A DNA stretch of 64,000 bases, from positions 1 to 64,000 of the forward strand of contig NKIB01013060.1 in the NCBI GenBank assembly GCA_002256025.1. The letters run 5' to 3'. Below are positions 1 through 12,815 of the stretch, in pieces (the first letter of the stretch is position 1; every line of letters starts with the position of its first letter). The notes under the pieces are model-generated. The model had not been told where the DNA came from. It did not search any database and saw nothing but the letters and a program-made list of their open reading frames with translations. Both the position numbers and the translations under genes were made by a program. Source of the stretch: Asterionella formosa. Lineage: Eukaryota.

Positions 1-35
1 AAGAAATTTACTTAGGTCCATTATAAGGGAAATCT

Positions 36-118
36 CTTCATTGTCCTGGGCCCCCCTTAAGTAAAATCAGTCAAATTCAGTCACGGCAGTGTACATTGGG
101 GGGTCCAGGACAATGAAG
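36..118. repeat. 21-bp inverted repeat / tiny foldback (possible mini-MITE or end of an element extending left of the window)
   Basis: CTTCATTGTCCTGGGCCCCCC (36-56) vs GGGGGGTCCAGGACAATGAAG (98-118), 20/21 complementary, followed by TA. Confidence 0.7.
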
Positions 119-1294
119 TATACGGTAATCATGTTGTTGTGGAAGCAACTCTACCGGGGGTACGTGATATACATGATAGATGTTCAGTGATGTATACTAT
201 CAGATGCAACAAAAGCAAAATAGCCGTATGTAGCGCGTGTGTTGGGCTTGGTCGTACTGTACCACATACGGATTGGGAAGGTGTTTTTATTATGTAACCC
301 AATGTATATAGGATACGACAACGGTGTGGTGACGTACCGGTACATTGAAACAGGTTACCGGGATACCGGTACCACTACTGTACCCTAGTACCGGCGGTAC
401 CTTGTACCATCGTCAAGTGCACCAGATACCGGTAAAACACGTTTTTTATCTTATGAGAAGATGAAGGTAAACACCGGCATCTCGATTACCGGACCTTCCT
501 CTGAGGAAAAGGAAAATGTGCGAGCGAAGCAAATTAAAAAGTTAAAAGAAAATGATATGGGCACAGAGCACCAAATTGATGGCGCTATGCAGAGAAAGGA
601 AACCTGAGCATTTGCTGGAAAAACTAGTACTACATGTAGTAGCTGAAATGAACAGGTGATAGTTCAAGGTACCATGATGATTCAGGCACATATGTGATGC
701 AGCAGCACCACAAACAAGAAAAGCCCTACTTACCAGCAGGCATGGAGGAACATCCCACCCACCATGTTGACCATATGCTCCAACATGGTTGTTGACTCTT
801 ATCTTGCCTTTTGTTGGTACCCATATCAGTACTGTGCATGGTACCTGGCTGGTACTCCCTCTGTCCAATATTAGCTAGCTAGTTGAATCGATAGATCAAA
901 TTTATCCAGGGACCTTTTGACTCAGTGATTTTCTCCAGCTCAATTGCCCTATTGAGCAGCTTGCTCTAAGCTACAGATCCATGGTGTATGTAATATATTT
1001 ATAGAAAAAAATTTTAAATTTGCCACTACATTTGAAAAAACATTTTTCGACTTTTTTCACTTCCATTTTTGCCTGCGAGATGCCAGATGCCCCCCTTTTG
1101 TCTTGCCATCAATTTTTCTCTATCAGTATAGTATGAGAAAGAATCTATCACCAGAAGAGCGTTAACTTGTGTTGGATTATACTTTAAGGAACCTCAAAAG
1201 AGGACCTGATGCAGAGGATGAAATACAGTCAGCTCGTTTTAGTGTGTGGAACCATTAAAATGTGGCGGGACAGTGCAAAGTAGATACAACAGCA

Positions 1295-1610
1295 TAGTGA
1301 ATGGCTTAGTGGTTAAGCATGTTGTTGCCTTTGATCTGAGGTTGTGAGGTTCGATTCCCGCATTTTTTGAGAAGCAATTGTTGGGTTCCACTCCCACACT
1401 CCTTACCGTCCAGCACGGTCTTGCCTGGTGTGCAAGAAATAGTGGGTTGCCATCCCTAAAAGCAGCTTGTGCCGCCTTCATAGGCAGTTTGACTTTCCCC
1501 TAACGCTGCGGCTAAGACGATCCCCTTTCGCAAAAGGTGGTTGGGGACTCACCTATACTAACAAAACTAGGGAAGCACAGGTGTTGTTGGTAGGTAGCTA
1601 GCACAATGAA
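1295..1610 (+). mobile_element. tRNA-derived SINE-like element, copy 1
   Basis: Pol III A-box TGGCTTAGTGG (1302-1312) and B-box GGTTCGATTCC (1348-1358) with a degenerate tRNA-like body, followed by a ~170-bp region (1440-1610) homologous to the reverse complement of 35350-35525. Confidence 0.6.
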
Positions 1611-1933
1611 ATATTTGCCTTGAAAGAGGGGAGTAAGAATGGGCTATAAAACATACTAACTTTTAGATACAGCAGCATCTTCGATTTTGACTCTAACATT
1701 GAGAAAGATAAATAGCGCAACTCAATAACCTCACATTTGCATTCTTCTTTTTGTTTGCTCCTTAGAGTCTTTTAGGACTTCAACAACCACAGCAGCACAA
1801 TTAATATACTGTGCTGTCTCGACTTTGTCATGCTCGATTCTCATGGAAAGATTTCCAACTCTGCACATTTGACCTTTTGGATAGAAGTCACAGTCCATGG
1901 TCACCTGGATAGCGGCCTCAAGTTCTTGTAGGT

Positions 1934-2081
1934 CCTTTCCCAACACTGTACACAAAAAGAAGAAAACAATCACAGAGCGAACCTTGTCCAACTCTGTACA
2001 CAAAGAGAAGAAAATAGTCACAGAGCAAACCTTGTCCAACACTATACACAAAGAGAAGAACACAATCACAGAGCAAACCTT
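1934..2081. repeat. 48-bp tandem repeat, 3 copies
   Basis: Unit ~CCTTGTCCAACACTGTACACAAAGAGAAGAAAACAATCACAGAGCAAA starting at 1934, 1982 and 2030. Confidence 0.9.
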
Positions 2082-3172
2082 TAGCTACTACAGTTTATCC
2101 ACAACAGTGATGATGGGCACAACTGCTGCTGCTATTGCTGGATATCAAGCCAAGGTTCTGACCATCAGGAACAGGTGCATCAGCAATGATGTCATCATCC
2201 ATTTTGACAAAAATGATGATGATGAATGAATGATAGATACTACCAGGTAGCAAAATCAACACATTAGCATTGCTTGATACATACATGGACCCAATGTATA
2301 TAAATATATGTTAAATTTTGGATTCTAATTATTTAATCACAAAAACAAAGTTTATTTTCACATCTATGTAACTCGAAATAAAAGCATTTTTTCGAGTATG
2401 CCGGCCCTCACTTGGAAATTTGATACGTAGTACACGTAATTCACTTAGTGTTCCGATAATCGATGCAACTATTAATTTTATTGGACGAAGGGATTACTAT
2501 TGTTGTGGACAGTACTTATGGTGTAGACTACTTTTTACCAATCTGGCAATAATTTCTTCTATATGTCATGTACATACATGTTCTTTGTTGCCATATATAT
2601 GGATTCACATTTTTAAATTGGCCCGGACGAAGGTGCGGTAAACGACGGTTTGTCAGCTAGTTCATCTTCTTGTAGGACTGCATCTTACTAGCAGCTACCC
2701 GTGCTTACTGGTATGATATCACAACTCCATTAACTGCCTGCTTGTTTGTGTATATATCCGTATCGTCGCTCCCTTGCTCCTTTTTTTTGGGTTGGAAAAA
2801 GGATACAGGCAGTAGTACAAATTGTATCAAAGTGACTACCGGTACCAGGTAGTTAGTCTACAGAACCGGCGTACCAGGATCCGTGTGTATATATAATGTA
2901 TTCATACTGGTATTTTGTATAGACCACACCAATGCGGATGCATGATGGCCTTGTTCAGGACTTAAAATATTTCTATTTGTTTGCATCCTGCTCGTTAATT
3001 CCATGTTCACACACGATACTACTAAAAGTCTAGTAATCGCAAACTGAAACCGGTCCGAAGCAACGCTACAAAGGCTTGCCTATCCTGTTGAACCCTGCAC
3101 TTCAGGCCACTGCACCATCACAAGCATACGCGCGCACACTCTCCATTACATTCACTTGTTATTGGGTTAAAT

Positions 3173-4027
3173 ATGGAGCATGATCCAACAACGGAACCAA
3201 ACTCCCTCAACGGACTCCACGCAGTGAATGATGCCGTCTCGACAAGTCTGGATGACATGGCCCTAGCAGCTGCCGAGGCGGCGGCTGCCGTCACTGACGG
3301 AATCTGTCGCATTTGCGGCAAAGGGGACGAAGGGAAACAGCTATGCAGATTCCTTCCAGTGGACCACGATGTCACCTCGGGAATCGTAACTTGGTCAGAA
3401 GACATTACGGTGCACGTCTTTTGCGGAAAGACGGCTGGAATCTTGCCGCACGTCAATCTCCCGGAGTACGAAATTTTATCCAAGGCCGGGCTCAAGAATA
3501 AGCACGGGATCGGGCCGGAAGTCAATGGAGCCCTGGCCAGGACGAGAAGTAGTATGGTGCAAGCGGAGGGGGCGAAGGAGAAGTACTTTTACTTGGTCAA
3601 GGAATTCGAATCCAACTTGGCCGCGATACGAAACGCAGCGCAACAGCCCTTCCTTGTAACAGCTGATTTGCCGCCCCCTCAGTACCTACATTTACCGCCG
3701 CATCACCTTCTGCAGAACGATATATATTCAGCTCATGATTACTACCATTCTCTGCCTACCCTTCCGCACCCCTACAATGCGGTGAATATCAAACCAACCG
3801 TCCACCGAGCTTCCAACTCTAGTGTCGCAAAGTACTCATCCAAGGACCAATGGTCACTGCCAACGATAGAAGTTACTGTCACGGCAGACGGGAAGATTAG
3901 ATGTGGCTGTGGCGGTGTGCACCTTCCGACGGGAACTCCAAAGGGGGACGCTAGTTGGAGATCTCACGTCATGACCAAGCGCCATCAAAAGTGGATGGAA
4001 GAGAATGGATTACTGGGTGCTGTATAG
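3173..4027 (+). CDS. Hypothetical protein with N-terminal PHD-like Zn knuckle (CRIC...HVFC) and C-terminal C2H2/U1-type Zn finger
   Basis: 284-aa GC-rich ORF; CRICGKG...VHVFCG and CGCGG...WRSHVMTKRHQKW motifs. Confidence 0.75.
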   Translation: MEHDPTTEPNSLNGLHAVNDAVSTSLDDMALAAAEAAAAVTDGICRICGKGDEGKQLCRFLPVDHDVTSGIVTWSEDITVHVFCGKTAGILPHVNLPEYEILSKAGLKNKHGIGPEVNGALARTRSSMVQAEGAKEKYFYLVKEFESNLAAIRNAAQQPFLVTADLPPPQYLHLPPHHLLQNDIYSAHDYYHSLPTLPHPYNAVNIKPTVHRASNSSVAKYSSKDQWSLPTIEVTVTADGKIRCGCGGVHLPTGTPKGDASWRSHVMTKRHQKWMEENGLLGAV

Positions 4028-4674
4028 AAGCAGCTATTAGTGGTTATATTTGAAATCCATGAGAATGAAAATAGCGAGAGATATCATGCAATCAGTAAGC
4101 CACTTTAAGTGGTGACAAGCTAACGGGAGCTGCTAACTGTATGAACCTACTAGAAAAGGGAAGTTCTTGTCGCCTTATTCCATTTTCAATCTATTCTAAT
4201 ACATTTTCCTGAGATTCATTCCTAATATAGCTAGTCATTAGGGCAAGTATTGTTGGGAGTTCAGTGTGCTGAGGTAAACCTTTCCACTTATTAGCTCCAG
4301 GCTGTGGAAGGGAGTTTCATATGTCAGACGGCAGAGGTGCCCCGAAATTGCAGGACCTACGACAAAGACTGTCAATGAATTTTTGAAGTAGCATTTGTCT
4401 TCGACACCCTTGGAAAACGCTTGCCTTTATCTTCTTGACGATGATGTACCTAAATTGCAATTTATACGCACTGCTAGTTGTGTTTTTTGAATAACAGAAA
4501 AAACTAGATAGTTGAGTTGTACAATCTGGTCCAGTCGTATCTGACAAAAGCGAAGCAAAGTCAGTTTTTTCTTAAGTGATGGCTACTCCCAGCAATAGAC
4601 ACAGCCTTCCTTGGGTGGGGACGGTATCATTAGATTACATAAAACATAATTTCAAGCAGCAATATCAATTCCCA

Positions 4675-6113
4675 TCAAAAAACAGGATTACTTGATGGCA
4701 TGGCTGCCTTTCCAGCATTTGCCATCCATGGATGTGCCTTGACTTGCGCCAATGATAGTCGATCTTTAGGATCCAACCACAACATGCGCTGTAACAAGTC
4801 CATCGCATCACTTGACAATCCAATCTTCCATTCTGTCAACATTTGAACTAAATATCCTGCCGTCATGTATTTGAATCGATCGTCCGTGGCACACGCTCGC
4901 TCCCAGGGTGGGAATCCAGTAAGCATCAAGAATAAAATTACCCCAGCTGCCCACATGTCAACGGCAAAGCCATCAAAAGCGTCTTTGTTGTTGTAAACTT
5001 CGGGAGACATGTAAATCCACTTGCCACAGGTTCCTTGCGGCCTCAGTAATACACGTTTACACTGGAGTATTGATGCCGTGTCGCCATTTTGTCTAGTGAG
5101 GCTCATGCGATTCATGGTGTCATTCAACCTCTTGTCGGCTTCGTGTTCGCCACTCAATTCAGGAGCGTGGTATGGAATTCGTAGGCACATTCCAAAGTCA
5201 ATGACCAAACAACCATTCCGGTGTACTAGTAGATTCTCCAAACTCATATCGCGATGACAAATTCCGGCATGCTGCATACTTTCCAGCCCCTGTGAGTGAT
5301 AATAAAAGAAACGTGAGGGATCAAAGTGGCTTGCCGACAGTCAAGCAGGTGATACAGTGACGAAGTACTTACATTCAGGACTTGGTACATCCAGTATCTC
5401 GCTTCTTCTTCACTAAATCGTTCATTCAGATCCAATCTCTCAAACAATTCGCCTCCATCACAAAACGGCATGACAGAATAAAGATGTCGGTCATCCGATA
5501 ATAAATCCAAGGGCATCATAATGTTAGTGTGCAGCATCGCGTTTAAGGAGGAATCCAAAGTTGTTGAATTGTTCTCGTGCCATTGCTTTAAAAATTGCAT
5601 AGCAGACACTTCCTTTATAGGATCTTCCGCCAATAAGTCTCGCTCTTTCTTAATATGCTGCCAACTCATTTCTTTAATGGCACATTGCTCTGTAGTAACT
5701 TCCCAATCTGCTCCTCGTTTCCTCTTCTTCAAAACGACTGCATACATGACCCTTCCATAAATAGCTTCACGAATGGTCCGTTGCATCCAATAGGCTCGTT
5801 GCTCTGATTCATATTCTACACTATCCCGATCCTGCATGGAATCACCATCATCATTTTGAGACGATTCATCGTCATCACTAGAGGAACTACTACTTTGCAT
5901 GTCATCCTCGTCATGTCTATCAAGATCAGACGAAGTTTGTTGCGGTCTCATGGTTCGTACCAATACATTTTGAACCAACGATATTTCATTCCGAGAGGGA
6001 TGATAAACACGTGTTGTCAATCTTGCACATGGATGCGGATCTGCAGAAGGAAAGTCAGGTGGATCAAGTGCATGTTCCGACGTTGGGAAATCACTATTGT
6101 ATTGAAATTGCAT
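4675..6113 (-). CDS. Ser/Thr protein kinase (CAMK-like), 2 exons: 6113-5373 and 5289-4675
   Basis: AIKEM, GGELF, HRDMSLEN, DFG, GKWIYMSPE and DMWAAG motifs. An 83-bp GTAAGT...CAG intron (5372-5290) joins QVLN|GLESMQH in frame. Confidence 0.92.
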
Positions 6114-6559
6114 TGTTGCTGTTGTTATTGTTGTTGCGTGTGGCGATATGGTAACAGCAGTAGTGTGGTGGATAGTACAAGCAGCAGGGCTGCAGCAAGA
6201 TCCGCAGGAAAATAGAACGACAAGCGAGCGGCCCTCTGCAAACAGACAGGATGAGGTCCTTCGCAGCAGTGCAGTGTAAGTACTCTGAATCAAATTTACA
6301 ATGCTGCAGAGTGTCAGACCAATCAGATTCGAGTCCAGTCGTTTGCTTCGTTTCTACACTCTCCCTCCTCTCTTTCTTGAAATACTACTACAAAAGGAGG
6401 GGTCGATGAAGGATCCAATCTACTGGTAGACTGAATCAAGATCGAGGAGGATGTAATTAATGCCACGACGACAAATAAAAACGATCTAAAAAATTAAGCC
6501 AGTGGATCTATCGAGTCGACCAAGTGTGTTAGTGTCATGCATATATAGAATTTGTCATG

Positions 6560-6700
6560 AGACCGGTCAATGCTATACCGGTAGTATACCAGTTCAAGGT
6601 ACCAGGTACTGCGCGCATATTGTACCGGCGGTGCTTACTCAAAAGGCAACGATGAGTCCTATTGTAGTCCCAGGTACAGGTACCAGGTACCTGATAGCAA
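6560..6700. other. Cluster of TA-flanked micro-palindromes (TACCGGTA, TACCAGGTA, TACAGGTA) upstream of the kinase gene
   Basis: e.g. TATACCGGTAGTATACCAG, GGTACCAGGTAC, CCAGGTACAGGTACCAGGTACC. Confidence 0.8.
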
Positions 6701-8590
6701 TGATGTACAGACAAGGGGCCTTTCAAACGGTGGTCATCACGTCCATCAGGAAAAACCTCAGTGACCCTTCATTGCGTTCTCCTGTGTAACTATATGTTAC
6801 ACTGGACAACAGAGTATTCATGCAGAGGATCAAAACCATTACTAATCATAGTATCAGCAATATAATTAACACATGCTGTGTTGGAAGCATGATACTAGGT
6901 CTGGAATACAAGGGCAATAAGGCTGGGAGGGAGGTTTTTTGTCAACACCTGTGGTTGGGGTCTCCTTCTTTGTAGCTAGCAATAGAACTGTCACTTGAGG
7001 GTAAAAAGTAGTTTGCCATTGCATTAGGTTGTAGCTAGGCACAGTATACCAACTCCCCAACAAGCATGAAGGAATTTATATATTCTTAACAATCTTCTTT
7101 GTTGGTGTCATGTATGCCGCTGCAGGGACTGACTCTTCAGTCAGAAGTATGGCATCAGATCCATTCCAAATGAAATTGAGGAATTATTTTGTCATTGTCC
7201 GCTTATTTGCCTAACTCCTGTTTCATTGCACATAACCAAGAGAGGCAAAATTGGGCAAATGAATCTTCTTTGCAATTGGAAAGCCTATCAAACTACCTTG
7301 TTGACTGAAAAGGGTGGGGTGTTTAATCACCTTTCGGAGAATGACAACAATAAATCATATTGTTGAGAATCTGTTTTACAAACATTCAAAAAATAGCTAC
7401 AATCACGAAATATTTAATCAAAGCTACATTTTCACAGCAAATTCAAAAAGTTTTGGTTTTGAAAATATCACTAACAACCTTTGTCACAGCTGAAAGTTCG
7501 ATTTTAGATAAGAAATACCGCCATGCCGATATTTTTGCTGAGACAGATGAATCGTTGTAGCCAGGTAATGATGAATTTTGAACAATGTTCAGAAATTTTA
7601 TAATGACCAAGTTCAGTGGCTGGTCATCTGACAACATGATTTATCAAGTCCAAGGTCCGATTCATTTGATTTGTCTTATTTCACTTGCTTGGTGCACATG
7701 ATTTGAAAGTTTAAAAAATTCAATCTGTTCCATCAGCACTTGAGAATCATTAATGGCGGAGTAATAGATCTCTGAGAATAATATCAATAATTGGAAGATG
7801 AATTTTTAACAACTGAATCAGGAACCTTGGCACTTGATAAAGGGTGGCGATTGAGATCATCAGCAATGCCTTGACCTCCTTGAAATAGTTCTTTTGGAGA
7901 TTCACCATGGTTTGACTTTCTACTTTTTAGGAGGAACTTTTGGTCAAGAACACTATTATTGGTATTACAGCCATGTTGACCTGTGGGTTTTTGAAAAAGA
8001 ACCTTCTATTCGTCCCTTTGGTGGTATTTTGATAAATTATGTCAAGAAGTATGATGATCTTGAAATAAAGTGTAGCTACACTTGAAATGCAACATATTAT
8101 CGAGTTATGTGCGTAAGTAATTTGTATCGTGCAATCATTTAAACTACTATTATACATGGTGGGGAATGTATTATAATTAATGACGCTTTTATGAATGGGG
8201 AATTTATTGTAATCGATGCCCTTGTTTACATTGAAAATTGACATAGATATAAGCATGCAATATAGAACCAGATATTCTACATCAGGTACCAAATTTTACT
8301 TGGGATCTTTTTCGACTAAAAATATCATTTGAGTTCAAAAATTTTGATTCGCACATCCTATTAGCTAGTACGATAAAAAATATCATCCATTGCGTAAGGA
8401 AAAGTTGCACACCAGTGCATGCTCAGTCCATTGCTCTGGTGGTGCTGGTGACACCAATGGTTTTCTGGGAATTGTCATGTCTGCCATCTGAGGCACCACC
8501 CACCTGCCCCTTATATTCTTCAAGCCAATTTAAAACAACAGTTCTACAAAATCTGGTTGCTTAATACAAATAACATGAAAATTTTATTTT

Positions 8591-8668
8591 TTCCAGTAGT
8601 GTTTATTTTCACAGGTAGGCGCCAGCCATTTCCAGTAGTTCTTATTTTCACAGGTAGGCACCAGCCAT
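8591..8668. repeat. 39-bp direct tandem duplication
   Basis: TTCCAGTAGT(GT/TC)TTATTTTCACAGGTAGGC(G/A)CCAGCCAT twice. Confidence 0.9.
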
Positions 8669-9232
8669 TTAAAGTTTCAAACTTTGATTTCTTAGTGGCT
8701 TTGGAGTTGGTGGAAAAGATCTAACATGCAGCAAAATTACTACAATAGCTGGCCCTAGTGCATTTATAGTCTACCAATGGGCTTAATATCATAAATTCAC
8801 ATATGCAGCAGAATGCTCTATTTTCAGAATGTGAGCTTGTCTTCTTGTTGGACAAACAATTTGCTTTGTCATGACGATGAATTCATGTAGCATACCGGTA
8901 GCAGTATCATGCGTCACCGACATGCGCAATATACTGTATATCTATGCCGGAATATATAATGCCTTTTGGTATATGCCGCAGATATGTTTGAATTTAGCAA
9001 TGATAAAAGCCAATCAAAATAGACTTTCGAAAGATATATACCGGTATATGACCTCTCGGAATTCAAGACCACTTCCGGTATGTCCGGTCTTCAAAATGGC
9101 TTACAGCACCATCACGATGTCGATGTTGCGACGGCTGCCTCTTCCGCTCTTGTGTGCGTATACTTGGTGATTCGAATATAATTCGTATATTTCGAGTCAT
9201 AACAATATTCATGGAATTGCTTTTGAACCATC

Positions 9233-10690
9233 ATGACAAATGTTGAGGACAGCTCAACACTTTATCATACGTTCGGTTTCTCCAAGCGCCTCCTTTTGGC
9301 ATTGGTGTCGTTACTATGTTTGCTAATGAGTCTCCATGAAAGTTACGTTCGCACTGCCCTCTATTCACAACCAGCAAGAATGGAAGTTGCTGCACCGGAG
9401 AATCACAATAGAACAATTGCAAATGCCACTACTAACATGTCACAACAATCCTCGCCCTCCGTGATGGACCATGACACAAATCAGAGAACGGCGGTGCTGC
9501 CTCAAGCTGGATCCTTGGATAACCTGTCCCATCCGCATGCTGGAGCTCTTCATCCTAATGGAACTATGGGATATATTGCAGATCCAACTGCGCTGCGGCG
9601 ACATCTACAATTCTTCCTCCAACGGGACTATCCTGATGAAGTGGATCCACTTTCCAATGCATCACACTATTGGGAACTTTTGACCAATTACTACCCACAA
9701 CATCGTAACGGATCATTATATGGAACTTACAATCTTGGTGCAAACTATGTGTGCAACCTTGGACCCGGCCAGAGTTTTGAACAGGATGGTGGCTACAAGT
9801 TGCTTACTGAAAAAATTCAGGTCTCTACCAGTAAGGATAAGAATAAGGTCCTGTGTTGCACTTACACTCATCGTACCATGAGGGAATTGTCGAGAGCTCA
9901 AGCAATTTCGTGGGGTCACAAGTGTGATGGATACCTTGCATTTTCGACGGAAACCATTCCGGAACTTGGTTTGTTGAACATACTTCATGCTGGAGAAGAA
10001 CAGTACAACAACATGTGGCAAAAGACACGTTCGATATGGGCATATGTGCATGACAATTACTTGAATGACTTTGAATTTTTTCATCTGGGAGGGGACGATC
10101 TTTATTTGATTGTCGAGAATTTAAAGCGATTTCTGGCAACTTTGAATGACATGCATCAGACACCTCTTTTTCTCGGACAATTGATTCATAGGCCAGGGAA
10201 CGACAATTATTTTGTATCTGGCGGGCCAGGATATACCATGAATCAAGCTGCCTTGAAAGCTTTTGTGGATCACGCCTTACCCACCTGTCACGTGACCAAG
10301 CAGATCTCCGCCGAGGATCGTATGATTTCCCAATGCTTTCAGACCTTGAATGTCACACCTGGTGACACCAGGGAGACTCTTACGGGTGAACAGCAATATC
10401 ATGATTGTGATCCAAATCATTTGTATACGTTTCGAGCATCCAAGGGATCATCATTTCATTCCAAAGCAGCTTTCATGTGGGAAAGGATGCCACATCCATT
10501 AATTCCAAATAGTACAGTTGGACCCAAACATGAATTGGAGGGGGCTGCCAAGTACTCGGTATCATTGCATAATATCTATCATCCAGTATTCTTTGCAAGA
10601 ATTCATGCTCTCATTTACAAACACACGTGTCCATCGACTTCTGTTTTGGGACGAGCCCTGTGTGCTCATGGATTTGTACCCCAGTCTTGA
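9233..10690 (+). CDS. GT31 family glycosyltransferase, core-1 beta-1,3-galactosyltransferase (C1GALT1/Fringe)-like, type II membrane protein
   Basis: N-terminal TM; WGHKCDGYLAFS, NMWQKTRSIWAYVHDNYL, GGDDLYLIVENLKRFL, SGGPGY and AEDRMISQC motifs. Confidence 0.88.
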   Translation: MTNVEDSSTLYHTFGFSKRLLLALVSLLCLLMSLHESYVRTALYSQPARMEVAAPENHNRTIANATTNMSQQSSPSVMDHDTNQRTAVLPQAGSLDNLSHPHAGALHPNGTMGYIADPTALRRHLQFFLQRDYPDEVDPLSNASHYWELLTNYYPQHRNGSLYGTYNLGANYVCNLGPGQSFEQDGGYKLLTEKIQVSTSKDKNKVLCCTYTHRTMRELSRAQAISWGHKCDGYLAFSTETIPELGLLNILHAGEEQYNNMWQKTRSIWAYVHDNYLNDFEFFHLGGDDLYLIVENLKRFLATLNDMHQTPLFLGQLIHRPGNDNYFVSGGPGYTMNQAALKAFVDHALPTCHVTKQISAEDRMISQCFQTLNVTPGDTRETLTGEQQYHDCDPNHLYTFRASKGSSFHSKAAFMWERMPHPLIPNSTVGPKHELEGAAKYSVSLHNIYHPVFFARIHALIYKHTCPSTSVLGRALCAHGFVPQS

Positions 10691-10984
10691 AACTTGCAAT
10701 CCTTGGTCGCTGTGATATTGGCAGTATGGTCTCAAGTAACTCTACACATGATAAATTGTCAGAAAGGGCTGGAGGTGCTTACTTGATTAAGCAGCTATGT
10801 TGCTTGCATCAAAGCAGTATGTAAACGCAAGAAAAGGGCACCACCAGTGACACCTGATGCAAAATGGAAAATGCAGCGTAAATGACACAGCATAATATTG
10901 CAGAAATTGATCATGTGTTCCTGACTGGTATGATTGTTGTACAAATTAATTTACTTGAATTTGTCAGATCTAGTGGCTGCATTA

Positions 10985-12137
10985 GGCCATTGCTTACTGC
11001 TCTGGAAACTAACTTGTGACTCAAATTTCCTGTGACTTTTTACTGAAAATTGTTCCTTGCCAGTCAGAAACTTGATTTTTCCAGGTTTTCAATTTCTAAA
11101 ATTCAAGATATTTTCAGTCATGTCAGAACTATGATCGATTTTTTGGAAACTTAAATCACATTTGGAAATATTCATTTCACACCCAAAGCACTAGATAGAA
11201 CTACAATTTATTGATAACAGAATTTGAATAGATTGACTGTTCTGTCAGCAAGAAATATATGTACATACCAGCATGAGCTGTGACAACCATAATTATATAT
11301 ACATTCATACATAGATACATGCATTGAGAAGCACATAGATGCATAGTATGTAGATACAAACGTACATACATGCATAGATACATACATACATACATACATA
11401 GTAGATACATATTGCTTGCTGTTGCTATTCTGAAAAGCTTCTAGAAAAATTCACTCTCAAATGGAACTCTGTCTCTATTTACTTGCTGATGTCCTCCATG
11501 TTGGTCACTTTGTGAGATGAAATGGACACAGCACCACACTCAAAAATTATGTTAAGACAAATAACTTTGATGAATCCGTCATTGAAAAGCATATTTTAGT
11601 CCTTCGATTTGAGCTGCAAGCTTCGATGAATTAGCAAGGATATCCATTGCTTGCTGGAAAGGCTGTCAAAAATATTATGTGAGTAAATTATATAAATGTA
11701 AATGACAAGAATAACCCGATGAATATTATGGGCACACCCATGATGCATACCTTTGTTCACGCTGTCAGCTATATAACAGATTTGTCAGTATGAAGCAATG
11801 GGCAACCCAGAATGTTAATAAATGAGGAACAATAGAAAGAAATGATCCAAAAGGTTGGTTGTTGACAGTTCAACATCATCACCGTCAACTCAAACATCAA
11901 TGGAAAGTTGAGGAAGCAGTAAAAGTAACATGCAAATTTTATCAACGTTGTCAGCCACCAGTCTACCTATCTAATGGAATCTCGGACAAACCTCAAAATG
12001 GGATTCTGGCGTGGTAAGAAATGGCAGTTTTTGGCATCGGGAATTCACTGCCGGGTTCGAATTCCTTAGTAATCAAAAGTTTAGTAAAGTTGTTTCCGAA
12101 GGTTTATACAGCATTCATCATGACTCACAATTCGGGC
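10985..12137 (+). mobile_element. Non-autonomous PIF/Harbinger-like element, degenerate copy
   Basis: Starts TTA|GGCCATTGCTTAC. The first ~250 bp and last ~140 bp align with 61145-61420 and 62315-62450. Right end is eroded and approximate. Confidence 0.6.
11297..11411. repeat. Imperfect (CATA/GATA)n microsatellite
   Basis: ATACATACATACATACATACATA core with TAGATACAT variants. Confidence 0.8.
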
Positions 12138-12815
12138 TAATAGCATTATGCTAGTATGTAAATTATTGAACATATGGACATCAACAATTTTCTTCTAAAA
12201 AGATTTAGTAAAAAATGAAAACTCAAATTAGTCGAACACACCACCATGGCATCATCATGCGTCGTTGTCTTCTGGTGATGTTTGCACTGCTGGCTGGTGC
12301 AGCACGTGGTTCCAACATTGTTGCAATACTCTGTCGCAAGTAAGTGTTGCCTTGGGTTAGAGAAGTATGGTTTTGGCTGAACACGCTTGTTGCATGGATG
12401 GAAGTCGGTCTTGCATGAGGAAGTCATTGTCAACATGGAATGTGTCAGTTGACAGCAAATCTGCTGATTGCTGATTGTTGTTTCCAGCAACATCCATTAA
12501 CCCGCCCTTGTCATTCTTGAATCTCTCACTGACGACAGCTGTGTTTAAGAATCCTTGGGGGGGACCATTTTTTCAATAGAATTTCCGAGATGGGGACGAT
12601 GAAGAATATTTCAGTGACAGCATCAGGTGGCAGCCATGCAATGGTGCAACACACGACGTGTCCTCCATGTGATTAGTCAGACTAGAAAATACTGCATTTG
12701 TCTACTTTTGCAGGTACACCGGTAGTATACAAGGAAAATTGCTTTTGCTTTGTTATTGTTGTATTGGCAATATGCTATACAATAACAATAAGTCATTCAG
12801 CTCTCATCACATTAA

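Noticed and set aside
430..505. Shared terminus with 36105-36172 defining one large element
   Set aside because: A ~22-bp similarity (ATCTCG..ATTACC.GACCTTCCT) is real, but its orientation is inconsistent with the inverted SINE-like copies and boundaries could not be fixed
1295..1368. Functional tRNA gene
   Set aside because: A and B boxes are present, but the acceptor, anticodon and T stems do not pair properly. A second diverged copy with a shared downstream body points to a tRNA-derived repeat
1934..2081. CRISPR array
   Set aside because: Head-to-tail 48-bp units with no unique spacers, no cas genes, eukaryotic context; the same applies to the 20-bp array at 49750-49850
6850..8340. Gene or identifiable transposase in the AT-rich block
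   Set aside because: Only short, stop-riddled frames with no recognisable motif; probably an old TE relic but it cannot be assigned
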